A DNA stretch of 31,824 nucleotides from Candidatus Rifleibacteriota bacterium. GTDB taxonomy: Bacteria; Muiribacteriota; Ozemobacteria; Ozemobacterales; Ozemobacteraceae. Position numbers and translations under genes: made by a program. The notes under the pieces were generated by a model. It was not told where the DNA came from. It did no database searches and saw only the letters and a program-made list of their open reading frames with translations. Every line of letters starts with the position of its first letter. The stretch's first letter is position 1. Below are positions 8,400-15,903 of this stretch, one piece after another. Where the stretch lies: the NCBI GenBank assembly GCA_051747585.1, contig JBNJGH010000030.1:1-31824 (forward strand), read 5' to 3'.

Positions 8400-9182
8400 T
8401 TACCATCGCTGCCATTCAGGTTTTTGCGCATAAACATCTAAGTAGTATTGCTTTCTTTTGAGCTTTTGTGCGGCACCCTTATCCAGAATTATTACTGCTT
8501 TTCGGTGGTGTTGTAATATGGTTGCCGGCCAGCTTGCCGATACCGGTCCTTCGATCATTTGATAAACTGCTTCGGCTTTTGATTCGCCGAAGGCCATCAA
8601 CAGACAGATGTCGGCATCCATTATGCTGCCGAGACCCATGGTGACGACATGGCGTGGTACTTTGTCGATATGGCCGAAAAACCTTGAATTTGCTTCGAGT
8701 GTTTCCCGGGAAAGAGTTTTTAGTCTGGTTCTGGAACTTAACGAAGAACCCGGCTCATTGAAACCCAGATGGCCGTCATGGCCGATGCCAAGTATTTGCA
8801 GGTTTATTCCGCCGGCTTTTTGTATTTCTGCTTCATAATTCCGGCACATGGCTTCAATATCTTTGGCCTGGCCGTCAGGTATATTAACAGCTTGAGGTGG
8901 AATATCTATTTCAGAAAAGAGGTTTTTCTCCATTTCGTTATGAAAAGAACAGGGGTGATCGGGAGCCAGCCCAACATATTCATCAAGATTAAAACTGGTT
9001 ACTCTGCGAAAAGAAACTTCTTTTGTACGATTCATCCTCACCAGTTCTTTATATAATAACAAGGGTGTAGAACCCGTAGCGAAACCAATTACCGCCGTAG
9101 GGTTACTTTTAATAATTCGCTCAACTATATGGGCTGCCAGCAAGCTTGCCAGTTCTTTGTCGGGTTTTATAATTACTTCCAC
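8400..9182 (-). CDS. nagB: Glucosamine-6-phosphate deaminase
   Basis: Motifs GFATGSTP, FNLDEYVGL, LGIGHDGHLGFNEPGS, TMGLGSI, GESKAEAV, PATILQHH. Confidence 0.96.
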   Translation of the reverse strand: MEVIIKPDKELASLLAAHIVERIIKSNPTAVIGFATGSTPLLLYKELVRMNRTKEVSFRRVTSFNLDEYVGLAPDHPCSFHNEMEKNLFSEIDIPPQAVNIPDGQAKDIEAMCRNYEAEIQKAGGINLQILGIGHDGHLGFNEPGSSLSSRTRLKTLSRETLEANSRFFGHIDKVPRHVVTMGLGSIMDADICLLMAFGESKAEAVYQMIEGPVSASWPATILQHHRKAVIILDKGAAQKLKRKQYYLDVYAQKPEWQRW

Positions 9183-9316
9183 AACACACCTCGCGTAAAA
9201 TGTCTGCTAAAAATACTAGCACCGCTTATTAATGCATTCAACAATTAAACCTCGGGGCAGAAAAAGCAGCAATTCTCAGACAACCATTATCAGGTATTTT
9301 TTCAAAAGTTTTGCTT

Positions 9317-9353
9317 TTATTTCTTTCTGGCTTGGAGGCTTCGTGTGAGGCAA
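9317..9353 (-). repeat. Motif D copy (CCTCACACNAAGCC..AAAG)
   Basis: The reverse complement TTGCCTCACACGAAGCCTCCAAGCCAGAAAGAAATAA matches segments at 15645, 18797, 23543 and 26358. Confidence 0.7.
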
Positions 9354-9408
9354 ATTCTTTTCTGGAACACACTGATTTTCGTTGACCGAGAAATTCCTGA
9401 AAAATGCG

Positions 9409-9626
9409 TAGTAATTATCTATTTGGTAATATTGGCGAGTTTCAAGACATTTTTGTTTTTTTTATAAAAATTTTTAGAATAGCAAAGATTGCTTCGTCGT
9501 TCTGCTTCGCATAAAGCTTCGCAGAACTTCTCGCAATGACAGTTCCAAGTTGTCATTGCGAGGAGCGTAGCGACGAAGCAATCTAAATGTCTTGAAACGT
9601 TTATACAAACAGATGGATAATTGCTG
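9409..9626 (+). repeat. Repeat family B copy 2
   Basis: Perfect 14-bp IR GTTTCAAGACATTT/AAATGTCTTGAAAC and the same inner doublet as copy 1. The left arm has an extra branched insert, GTTCTGCTTCGCATAAAGCTTCGCAGAAC. Confidence 0.92.
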
Positions 9627-9644
9627 AATTAAGTCCAAAACAGA

Positions 9645-9674
9645 TTCACTGCTTGCAAAACTAAATGATATAAT
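9645..9674 (+). promoter_or_regulatory. Putative sigma70 promoter of the SpoIID/LytB gene
   Basis: TTCACT 9645-9650, 18 nt, TGa-TATAAT extended -10 (9669-9674). Confidence 0.6.
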
Positions 9675-9706
9675 TAAAAAATAAGCTTTACTCAAGAGGT
9701 TTAAAA

Positions 9707-11299
9707 ATGTTGAAAACTGGTAATAATACATTCTTGGTTCGTTGGCTGCAGGCTACTTTGCTGTTTGCTTTTTGTACGTTCGTTTCTTTTGCTTATGCCG
9801 ACGCCAGAGAAGTCAGTATAAAAGTAGCTCAATATAATGAAAAAATAGATTTTAATTGTAATAATGGCGCTGCCTGGGAACTCGGTGGAGTAAAAGGGCA
9901 AATTTCTTCTGGCGACAGATGCAGCCTGCAAGCCGAACTTAAAGAAAAAGCGCAAAAAAAATATCATGTAATGGTTTCTTCGGTAGGGTTCTCAGAATCA
10001 GAACAAGCACAGGATACTTTAAAAAAATGGCAGAAAGCCGGTTATAAATGTGAAAACATGGTTCTGGGTAAAATTCTAAAAACTGATCAGTCGCAACTTA
10101 CCTTTGATAATCGCAAATTAGCTACCAGCATTGGTGTTTTCGATGATAAGAAGTCTGCCCAGGCATTGGTTGACAAGCTTGCAGCTCAGGGTAAATCCAG
10201 CTGGATTCATACCGAAATTGTTTCCCTGGCCCAGGGAAGCTTGAAACTCTTCATTAACAATCAGTTTAAAGCAGTTGGCAACAACCTGCTTGTTATTCCT
10301 GAAAAAGAAATCGAACTAAAAGAAGTCGAATATGCCGCCGGTTACCCCTGGCATGGTTTCGAAGACAGAACTTACGCCGGCCCTGTTTCTATAAGATTTG
10401 GTGCCTGGGATGCGATAGACTGCATTCTAAAAGCCAGTCTTGAAAAAATACTTGCCGGGGTAGTTCCTTCGGAAATATCGGCGTATGCAGCGACCGGCGC
10501 TTTAAGAGCCCAGGCTGTTGCTGCCCGCGGTGAGATTCTTGCCAAAATAGGCATAAGACACCAGGGCGAAGGGTTTGATATTTGTTCAGAACAACATTGC
10601 CAGGTGTATAAAGGTGAAACAAAATATTCAAAAATGGTAGAGCCCAAAATTGCTCCTACTGCCGGCTATGTCCTTACCCATAATGGCGACATAGTAGAGG
10701 CTGTTTACTCGGCTAACTGCGGTGGACATACCGAAGCAAATCATTATGTCTGGACAACTCAGCCTGACCCCGTTCTTTCAGGAGTCTGGGATCACAACTC
10801 CCCACCGTCATTAGATCTGACCGAAGAAGAACAGGTCGGGGTTTTCATTAAAAATCCTCCGCAGAATTGTTATTGCGCCAGTAGCGGTGTGCCTGGTTCT
10901 CATAATTTCCGCTGGCAAAAAGCCATTAACGAAACCGAATGGAAAGAAATCGAAAACAAACTCGGTGTCGGCCGCATAAAAGGTATAAAAAATATTGCTC
11001 GCGGCTTGTCGGGAAGAATTTATCAAATGACTTTTATCGGACAATTCGACAATAAAACCCTTATGAAAGAGCTCAATATCAGAAGAATGTTTGGCAGCCT
11101 TAAGAGCGCCTGTTTCGTTTTGCATTTGCAAAAAGATTCGTCTGGTTTTGTCAGGAGCGCGGAACTCGACGGAGCCGGGTTCGGTCATGGAGTAGGCATG
11201 TGTCAGACCGGTGCGCAGAGTATGGCAAAAAAGGGCCTGGATTTTAAAACCATTTTGCTTCACTATTACCCGGTTAGTAGACTGCAAAAGTGGTATTGA
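9707..11299 (+). CDS. SpoIID/LytB-domain lytic transglycosylase with SPOR-like N-terminal region
   Basis: Signal peptide; GVVPSEI, ALRAQAVAAR, DICSEQHCQVYKG, YSANCGGHTE, GAGFGHGVGMCQTGA, ILLHYYP; SPOR-like IGVFDDKKSAQALVDKL. Confidence 0.92.
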   Translation: MLKTGNNTFLVRWLQATLLFAFCTFVSFAYADAREVSIKVAQYNEKIDFNCNNGAAWELGGVKGQISSGDRCSLQAELKEKAQKKYHVMVSSVGFSESEQAQDTLKKWQKAGYKCENMVLGKILKTDQSQLTFDNRKLATSIGVFDDKKSAQALVDKLAAQGKSSWIHTEIVSLAQGSLKLFINNQFKAVGNNLLVIPEKEIELKEVEYAAGYPWHGFEDRTYAGPVSIRFGAWDAIDCILKASLEKILAGVVPSEISAYAATGALRAQAVAARGEILAKIGIRHQGEGFDICSEQHCQVYKGETKYSKMVEPKIAPTAGYVLTHNGDIVEAVYSANCGGHTEANHYVWTTQPDPVLSGVWDHNSPPSLDLTEEEQVGVFIKNPPQNCYCASSGVPGSHNFRWQKAINETEWKEIENKLGVGRIKGIKNIARGLSGRIYQMTFIGQFDNKTLMKELNIRRMFGSLKSACFVLHLQKDSSGFVRSAELDGAGFGHGVGMCQTGAQSMAKKGLDFKTILLHYYPVSRLQKWY

Positions 11300-11354
11300 T
11301 TGCTGCTCTGCAGCTAAAATAATAAACTTTTTTCTCCAAAACGCTTTCAATTGC

Positions 11355-11383
11355 TTGACGCATCGCAGCAATTATGGCATAAT
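11355..11383 (+). promoter_or_regulatory. Sigma70 promoter of the symporter gene
   Basis: TTGACG, 17 nt, TGg-CATAAT. Confidence 0.65.
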
Positions 11384-11421
11384 TTTCTCCAGATATATAA
11401 GAGCAAGAAAGGGAAAAAGTT

Positions 11422-12948
11422 TTGAGTCATTTAACACTTGTATGGGCGGCGTTAATCGTATATGTCGTCATAACTCTCTATTTAACCGTACGCGGTGCTT
11501 TGCGCACCAAAGACCTCGAAAGCTTTGCTGTCGGCAACCATGATATTTCGCCTGCTTTCGTCGGTTTGTCGTTAACTGCACAGCTTACCAGTGTTGCAAC
11601 ATTTGTTGTAAATCCCGGCCTGGTTTATCATTACGGTCTTTCTGCGCTAATGGGGCTTGGTCTTGCAGCCGGGCTTGGAATTATCACCGGTTTACTGTTG
11701 TTATCCGGGCCATTCCGTACTGTTGGTGCAAAGGTTAAAGCCCTGACTATTCCCCAATGGATCGGCGCAAGGTATGAGTCCAAAGGCCTGCGTTTATTTT
11801 TTGCTGTTATTTCGTTGTCGTTAGTCAGCTTTATTGTCTTGATTGCGGTAGCCATAGCCCTGACCTTGTTCTCTTTGCTTCAGCTGCAGGATATTAATTC
11901 GACCACCTGGCTGGTTGTTGCTATTATGACTTTCGTTTTTGCTTATACTCTTATAGGCGGCGCAAATACTTCGACTTATACCAATGCCATTCAGGCTATG
12001 GTGATGCTGGTAGTAGGTATTATTTTGATCGGAAGCGGTTATGAATATTTTATGTCCGGGGAAGGTTTGCTGGCAAAATTAAGTGCGATAAACCCTGATC
12101 TGGCATCGGTTACCAATCCGACTTCATTATATTTTAGAAACTTTTTTGAAGTATTTTTCTGTAATTTTCTTGTCGGCCTGGCTATTGTCTGTCAGCCTCA
12201 TATCCTAGGTAAATCTCTACTTCTTAAAGACTCAAGTCAGATTAAAACTTATCTGTTGGTTGCCTTGCTTGCCGGAACCGTATTTATAGGGGTTATGCTG
12301 GTAGGGCTTTATGCGCGGGTCAGCATTGCCGACATTGCTAAAGTTGACCTTGTTGTTCCGACCTATATTGCTCAGAACTTTTCTTCGCCGGTTCAAGTTC
12401 TTATAAGCATAGGATTGCTTTGTGCCGGGATTTCAACTTTAGAAGGATTGTTACTGGCACTTTCGGCTATTTTCTCAAGCGACATCTACATGACTTTAAA
12501 ACCAATTGATCCCGAAAATCGTCAGCAGGAACTTAAAAAGGCGCTCAGATTCGGAAGAATTGCTCTGATAATAACAGGTATTGGCTGTGTTTTGTTGTCG
12601 ATCTGGCAGTTGCGTAATCCGACCGGCGGGTCCGTCGCTATCTTTGCCCAGTACGGAGTCTATTTGCTTTTCACCGCAAGCTTTCTTCCGATTGCATGTG
12701 GGTTGTTTTTGCCAAAAGTAACCAAAAACCTTGTTTGTATGGGGGTTTTTGCTTCGACATTCTTCTATTTCCTGCCTGCGGTTGTTTATAAGTTTTATCC
12801 ACAAGCGCCTTTCTTTTTCATGGGCAACAACCCCGCAGTGCTGGCAGCAAGTGGAATAATCGCAGGCTGGGTGGTTATCGGTCTGGGATTGCTTTTACAG
12901 AAAAGCGAAAAACAAATTAATGAAGATGAAGAAATCCTGGCGGCCTGA
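11422..12948 (+). CDS. Sodium:solute symporter (SSF, PanF/PutP-like)
   Basis: About 13 TM helices; motifs FAVGNH, LTIPQWIGARYES, YTLIGG, TNAIQA, CQPHIL, AGISTLEGLL. TTG start. Confidence 0.9.
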   Translation: MSHLTLVWAALIVYVVITLYLTVRGALRTKDLESFAVGNHDISPAFVGLSLTAQLTSVATFVVNPGLVYHYGLSALMGLGLAAGLGIITGLLLLSGPFRTVGAKVKALTIPQWIGARYESKGLRLFFAVISLSLVSFIVLIAVAIALTLFSLLQLQDINSTTWLVVAIMTFVFAYTLIGGANTSTYTNAIQAMVMLVVGIILIGSGYEYFMSGEGLLAKLSAINPDLASVTNPTSLYFRNFFEVFFCNFLVGLAIVCQPHILGKSLLLKDSSQIKTYLLVALLAGTVFIGVMLVGLYARVSIADIAKVDLVVPTYIAQNFSSPVQVLISIGLLCAGISTLEGLLLALSAIFSSDIYMTLKPIDPENRQQELKKALRFGRIALIITGIGCVLLSIWQLRNPTGGSVAIFAQYGVYLLFTASFLPIACGLFLPKVTKNLVCMGVFASTFFYFLPAVVYKFYPQAPFFFMGNNPAVLAASGIIAGWVVIGLGLLLQKSEKQINEDEEILAA

Positions 12949-12990
12949 TTTTTTATAGTGCTGCAGTTCACAAGCAAAGAGCTAAAATAA

Positions 12991-13030
12991 AAACGGAGCA
13001 GGTTTTATATTACCTGCTCCGTTTCTTTTT
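12991..13030. terminator. Bidirectional rho-independent terminator
   Basis: AAACGGAGCAGGT/ACCTGCTCCGTTT hairpin with A and T tracts, between convergent genes. Confidence 0.85.
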
Positions 13031-13051
13031 GTAATTGTTTAAATTAGAAAA

Positions 13052-14056
13052 TTATTTTATTTCGCCGGTAGCCTGAAGGATTAAATCTCTATATTCAGGA
13101 AGCTTAACATAAACTGTTTTACCCGGACATGATTTTGGCGAAAAATCACAATGGCCATAGAGGTTCGCTCTTACGTCAATACGATAATAAGAAGCTACCC
13201 ATGCCATGAGTTTGATTAGTGCGTTTTCCATAACCGGAGTGATTTTGTCTTTATTGGGATCATAATCACCAATAAGGCAAATACCAACTGAATTGGTATT
13301 TGGTGAGCAGTGGGCTCCAACGACGGTTTCGGGTCTGCCCTGATAAATAACGCCGTCAGGACCTATAAGGAAATGGTAGCCTATGTCGTTCCATTTAGTA
13401 TGTTCGCCATACATGTGATAATTCTGAATCCCTCTAATAGAGGCTGCGCCCTTATATTGTGATTGATTGGGAATATAGCTGTGATGAACTATGATTCTTT
13501 GAGGATCGTGCTGAGCATAGCCATACTTAGGTGGCTTGGCTCCCCAGTCTTCTCTTGATTCGATGTCTGGTTTAGCAGTTACTTTGGCCGGAGTAAAAGG
13601 CATTGGTTTTTGAACGAAATATTCCATCTCATTTTCAGGTATATAATAGCCGTTCATGGTTACGGCGTTAATTCTGGTGTCACCTTTTTCCGGATCTCTA
13701 ACGATAAACATAAGCTGATATTCGGCGAGAGTGTCGACAGAAGAAAAATGATATTCGCCATCAAAGGGCATGTATCTGGTCCATTTGCCGGTTTTTGCAT
13801 ATTTAAATCTTGCATACCCACGCAACATCGCGTCTTTTGATTTGTTTGCATCAACACCAATTATGATGTTGTTAACTTCGTGATCAAAAGTATAGGGGTT
13901 GGTTTGAAGCTTTTTATATGATTCCCCACTGGCCACAAAATCAGGCTTGAGTACCTTTTGGTAATCGGGAACATCAATGTCGGCCAAAAGCGATGTGATG
14001 CCAAAAAGACAAAAAACAGAAACAAAAGCAGATAACAAAATTTTCCTTGGATACAT
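13052..14056 (-). CDS. Exported N-acetylmuramoyl-L-alanine amidase, PGRP/Amidase_2 type
   Basis: IESREDWGA, IIVHHS, WNDIGYHFLIG.DG.IYQGR, GAHC, GHCDFSPKSCPG (Zn ligands H, H, C intact). ATG 14056 follows AGAGGT and gives a signal peptide (ORF track start 14119). Confidence 0.9.
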   Translation of the reverse strand: MYPRKILLSAFVSVFCLFGITSLLADIDVPDYQKVLKPDFVASGESYKKLQTNPYTFDHEVNNIIIGVDANKSKDAMLRGYARFKYAKTGKWTRYMPFDGEYHFSSVDTLAEYQLMFIVRDPEKGDTRINAVTMNGYYIPENEMEYFVQKPMPFTPAKVTAKPDIESREDWGAKPPKYGYAQHDPQRIIVHHSYIPNQSQYKGAASIRGIQNYHMYGEHTKWNDIGYHFLIGPDGVIYQGRPETVVGAHCSPNTNSVGICLIGDYDPNKDKITPVMENALIKLMAWVASYYRIDVRANLYGHCDFSPKSCPGKTVYVKLPEYRDLILQATGEIK

Positions 14057-14239
14057 CTTATAAACCTCTTTTATACTTATTACTTCGTACATTTTTAATT
14101 CTAATATAGCCAAATCCAAAATTCAACCAGTGGATCCGTCTTTTAATTTTAATTGCTGGTCAAAAACAGGTAAAGTCTGCTAAATTTAGAGTAGATGATA
14201 AAAATTGTCTTATAGTTTGCAGACGATGGAGGACATAAT

Positions 14240-14716
14240 ATGAAGAAATTTATCTTTTTAATCAGTCTTGTTTTAATAACTCTGGGAGGGCATGCGATGA
14301 TTCAGACTCTTAGTTTAAGCGAGCTTGCAGCTGATTCAGATATAATTGCATTTGCATCGGTAGTTGCCATTAAAAATACAGGTAAAACTCCACAGGGAGT
14401 AGATGTGGTTGCCAATCTGGTAAGATTGGAAGAGCCTCTTAAAGGAAATATTGCTGCGGGTGAAAAAGTTAAGATTAAAACATTTGCCGGAGTTGAAGAT
14501 AACGTAGCTTTTGATGAAGGGCAAAGATACCTTCTTTTCCTGAAAAAACATGAAGATTTTTATTTCGTTACCAATCAAGTTCAGGGCAGTTGGCCGGTAG
14601 AAAAAGATGGCAAATTTGCCGGCATGGGTACTGGAAAAACACTGGAAGATGTGAAGTCAGCAATAGAAACAAAGCCGATAAATGTCGATCAAAGGATTCC
14701 TGATTTGCAGTTGTAG
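14240..14716 (+). CDS. Exported hypothetical protein
   Basis: RBS GGAGG, signal peptide, LSELAADSDII..., F..GQRYLLFL pattern. Confidence 0.75.
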   Translation: MKKFIFLISLVLITLGGHAMIQTLSLSELAADSDIIAFASVVAIKNTGKTPQGVDVVANLVRLEEPLKGNIAAGEKVKIKTFAGVEDNVAFDEGQRYLLFLKKHEDFYFVTNQVQGSWPVEKDGKFAGMGTGKTLEDVKSAIETKPINVDQRIPDLQL

Positions 14717-14724
14717 TAAATAAA

Positions 14725-14769
14725 TGCAATAAAAAAAGCCCGGAAAGAAAACCGGGCTTTTTTATTGCA
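14725..14769. terminator. Bidirectional rho-independent terminator
   Basis: TGCAATAAAAAAAGCCCGG...CCGGGCTTTTTTATTGCA between convergent genes. Confidence 0.9.
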
Positions 14770-14774
14770 AAAAA

Positions 14775-15566
14775 TTATTCGCTAAGCAGGTTCAATACCG
14801 AGGTGCGATTTTCATCCTGCATTTTAAACGCTTTAATTGCCGCTTTTGTTTGCAGTTCAGAGCGGTTCATATTAATTATTTCTGCTGCTATATCGGCATC
14901 TTCAATTCGTGATTCGGCGGCCAGAGAGTTTACCAGTTCGGTTTGAAGTTTGTTGACTTCGGAACTTATGCCGTTTTGCAGGCTGCCTATGGTGCTTCGG
15001 TTGGAAGTTACCTGGTTAATAGCTGTTGTCGTTGAAGAAATCGCCTGTTGAGCCTGATCTATATTTGTCAGGTTGGTTTGATTTACTCCAAGTGATTCAG
15101 AATTCATCGATGGTAACGAGAAGTTTTCACCGTTCTGAAGTTGAATATTTAAAGAGCCATCGAGCAGGTTTTTGGTATTGAATTGAGTGTTATTTGCTGT
15201 CTGGTCGATTTGTTGTTTTAATTGATCGACTTCCATTTGAATTGCTTCGCGGTCGCTTTCGGTTAGTGTTCCGTTGGAAGCTTGCACCGAGAGTTCGTTT
15301 ATACGTTGAAGCATGTCGGAAGTAGAAGATAATGCCCCTTCTGCGGTTTGAAGCAGAGAGATCTCATCTTGTCGGCTGGCTATCTGCATGAACAGGTCTC
15401 TATTTTGTGATTCCATTGCCATTGACATGGAAAGACCTGCCGGATCGTCACTTGCAGAGTTTATACGCTTGCCACTGGCAATACGGTTAAGAGTTTTTGA
15501 AGTAGATTCGCCCGCTTTCAGCAGGTTATTATGCGTTCTTAAAGAATTACCTGTTTTTCCGATCAT
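14775..15566 (-). CDS. fliC: Short flagellin (conserved N- and C-terminal domains only)
   Basis: RIASGKRINSASDDPAGL, LLQTAEGAL, LQRINELSVQASNGT, TQFNTKNLLDG, AESRIEDADIAAE, SVLNLL. Confidence 0.88.
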   Translation of the reverse strand: MIGKTGNSLRTHNNLLKAGESTSKTLNRIASGKRINSASDDPAGLSMSMAMESQNRDLFMQIASRQDEISLLQTAEGALSSTSDMLQRINELSVQASNGTLTESDREAIQMEVDQLKQQIDQTANNTQFNTKNLLDGSLNIQLQNGENFSLPSMNSESLGVNQTNLTNIDQAQQAISSTTTAINQVTSNRSTIGSLQNGISSEVNKLQTELVNSLAAESRIEDADIAAEIINMNRSELQTKAAIKAFKMQDENRTSVLNLLSE

Positions 15567-15610
15567 TTTTGTTCACCCACTTTTTTTACTATCTATTCTT
15601 AATATACTGT

Positions 15611-15638
15611 ACATCGACGTTTTAGTCTAGTTTTGTTA
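15611..15638 (-). promoter_or_regulatory. Candidate sigma28 (FliA/SigD) promoter of flagellin
   Basis: The minus strand reads TAAC-N16-GTCGATGT, against consensus TAAA-N15/16-GCCGATAW, about 45 nt upstream of the ATG. Confidence 0.55.
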
Positions 15639-15644
15639 ATGTTA

Positions 15645-15820
15645 TTCCTCACCCCAAGCCACAAAGAAATATAATCATACTCGCTTGTCCACCATAGCCC
15701 TGGCGACAGCGGATGCTCGCGTTCCCGTTCGTGCTCGTGCTCGTGCTCGTTTTCGTAATCGTTGTCGTCGTCGCTTTTTCTTACAAATAAAAACGTAGGG
15801 CCTCAAAATTTTGAGCCCCT
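15645..15820 (+). repeat. Intergenic repeat mosaic: motif D, small GC hairpin, TCG-hexamer tract, GTAG-type REP
   Basis: TTCCTCACCCCAAGCCACAAAGAAAT 15645-15670; TCGTGCTCGTGCTCGTGCTCGTTTTCGTAATCG tract ~15715-15773; GTAGGGCCTCAAAATTTTGAGCCCCT 15795-15820. Confidence 0.7.
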
Positions 15821-15844
15821 GGTATTAAACAAAAGCATTGTTTC

Positions 15845-15873
15845 TTGACGCTATTGTGCATTAAGACTAAAAT
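15845..15873 (+). promoter_or_regulatory. Sigma70 promoter of the phospholipase D gene
   Basis: TTGACG, 17 nt, TAAAAT; RBS AGGAG follows. Confidence 0.7.
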
Positions 15874-15903
15874 TAAAAGGTATATATACAAGAGGAGATA
15901 GGC

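Noticed and set aside
9474..9731. Minus-strand ORFs 9474-9731, 29830-30024 and 23426-23761 share RLLR..RND..LSLR-like segments
   Set aside because: They are translations of repeat B in intergenic DNA, partly overlapping real genes, with no coding evidence.
10811..11371. 186-aa antisense ORF and the other short overlapping ORFs in the track
   Set aside because: These are shadow ORFs of well-supported genes with no recognisable motifs.
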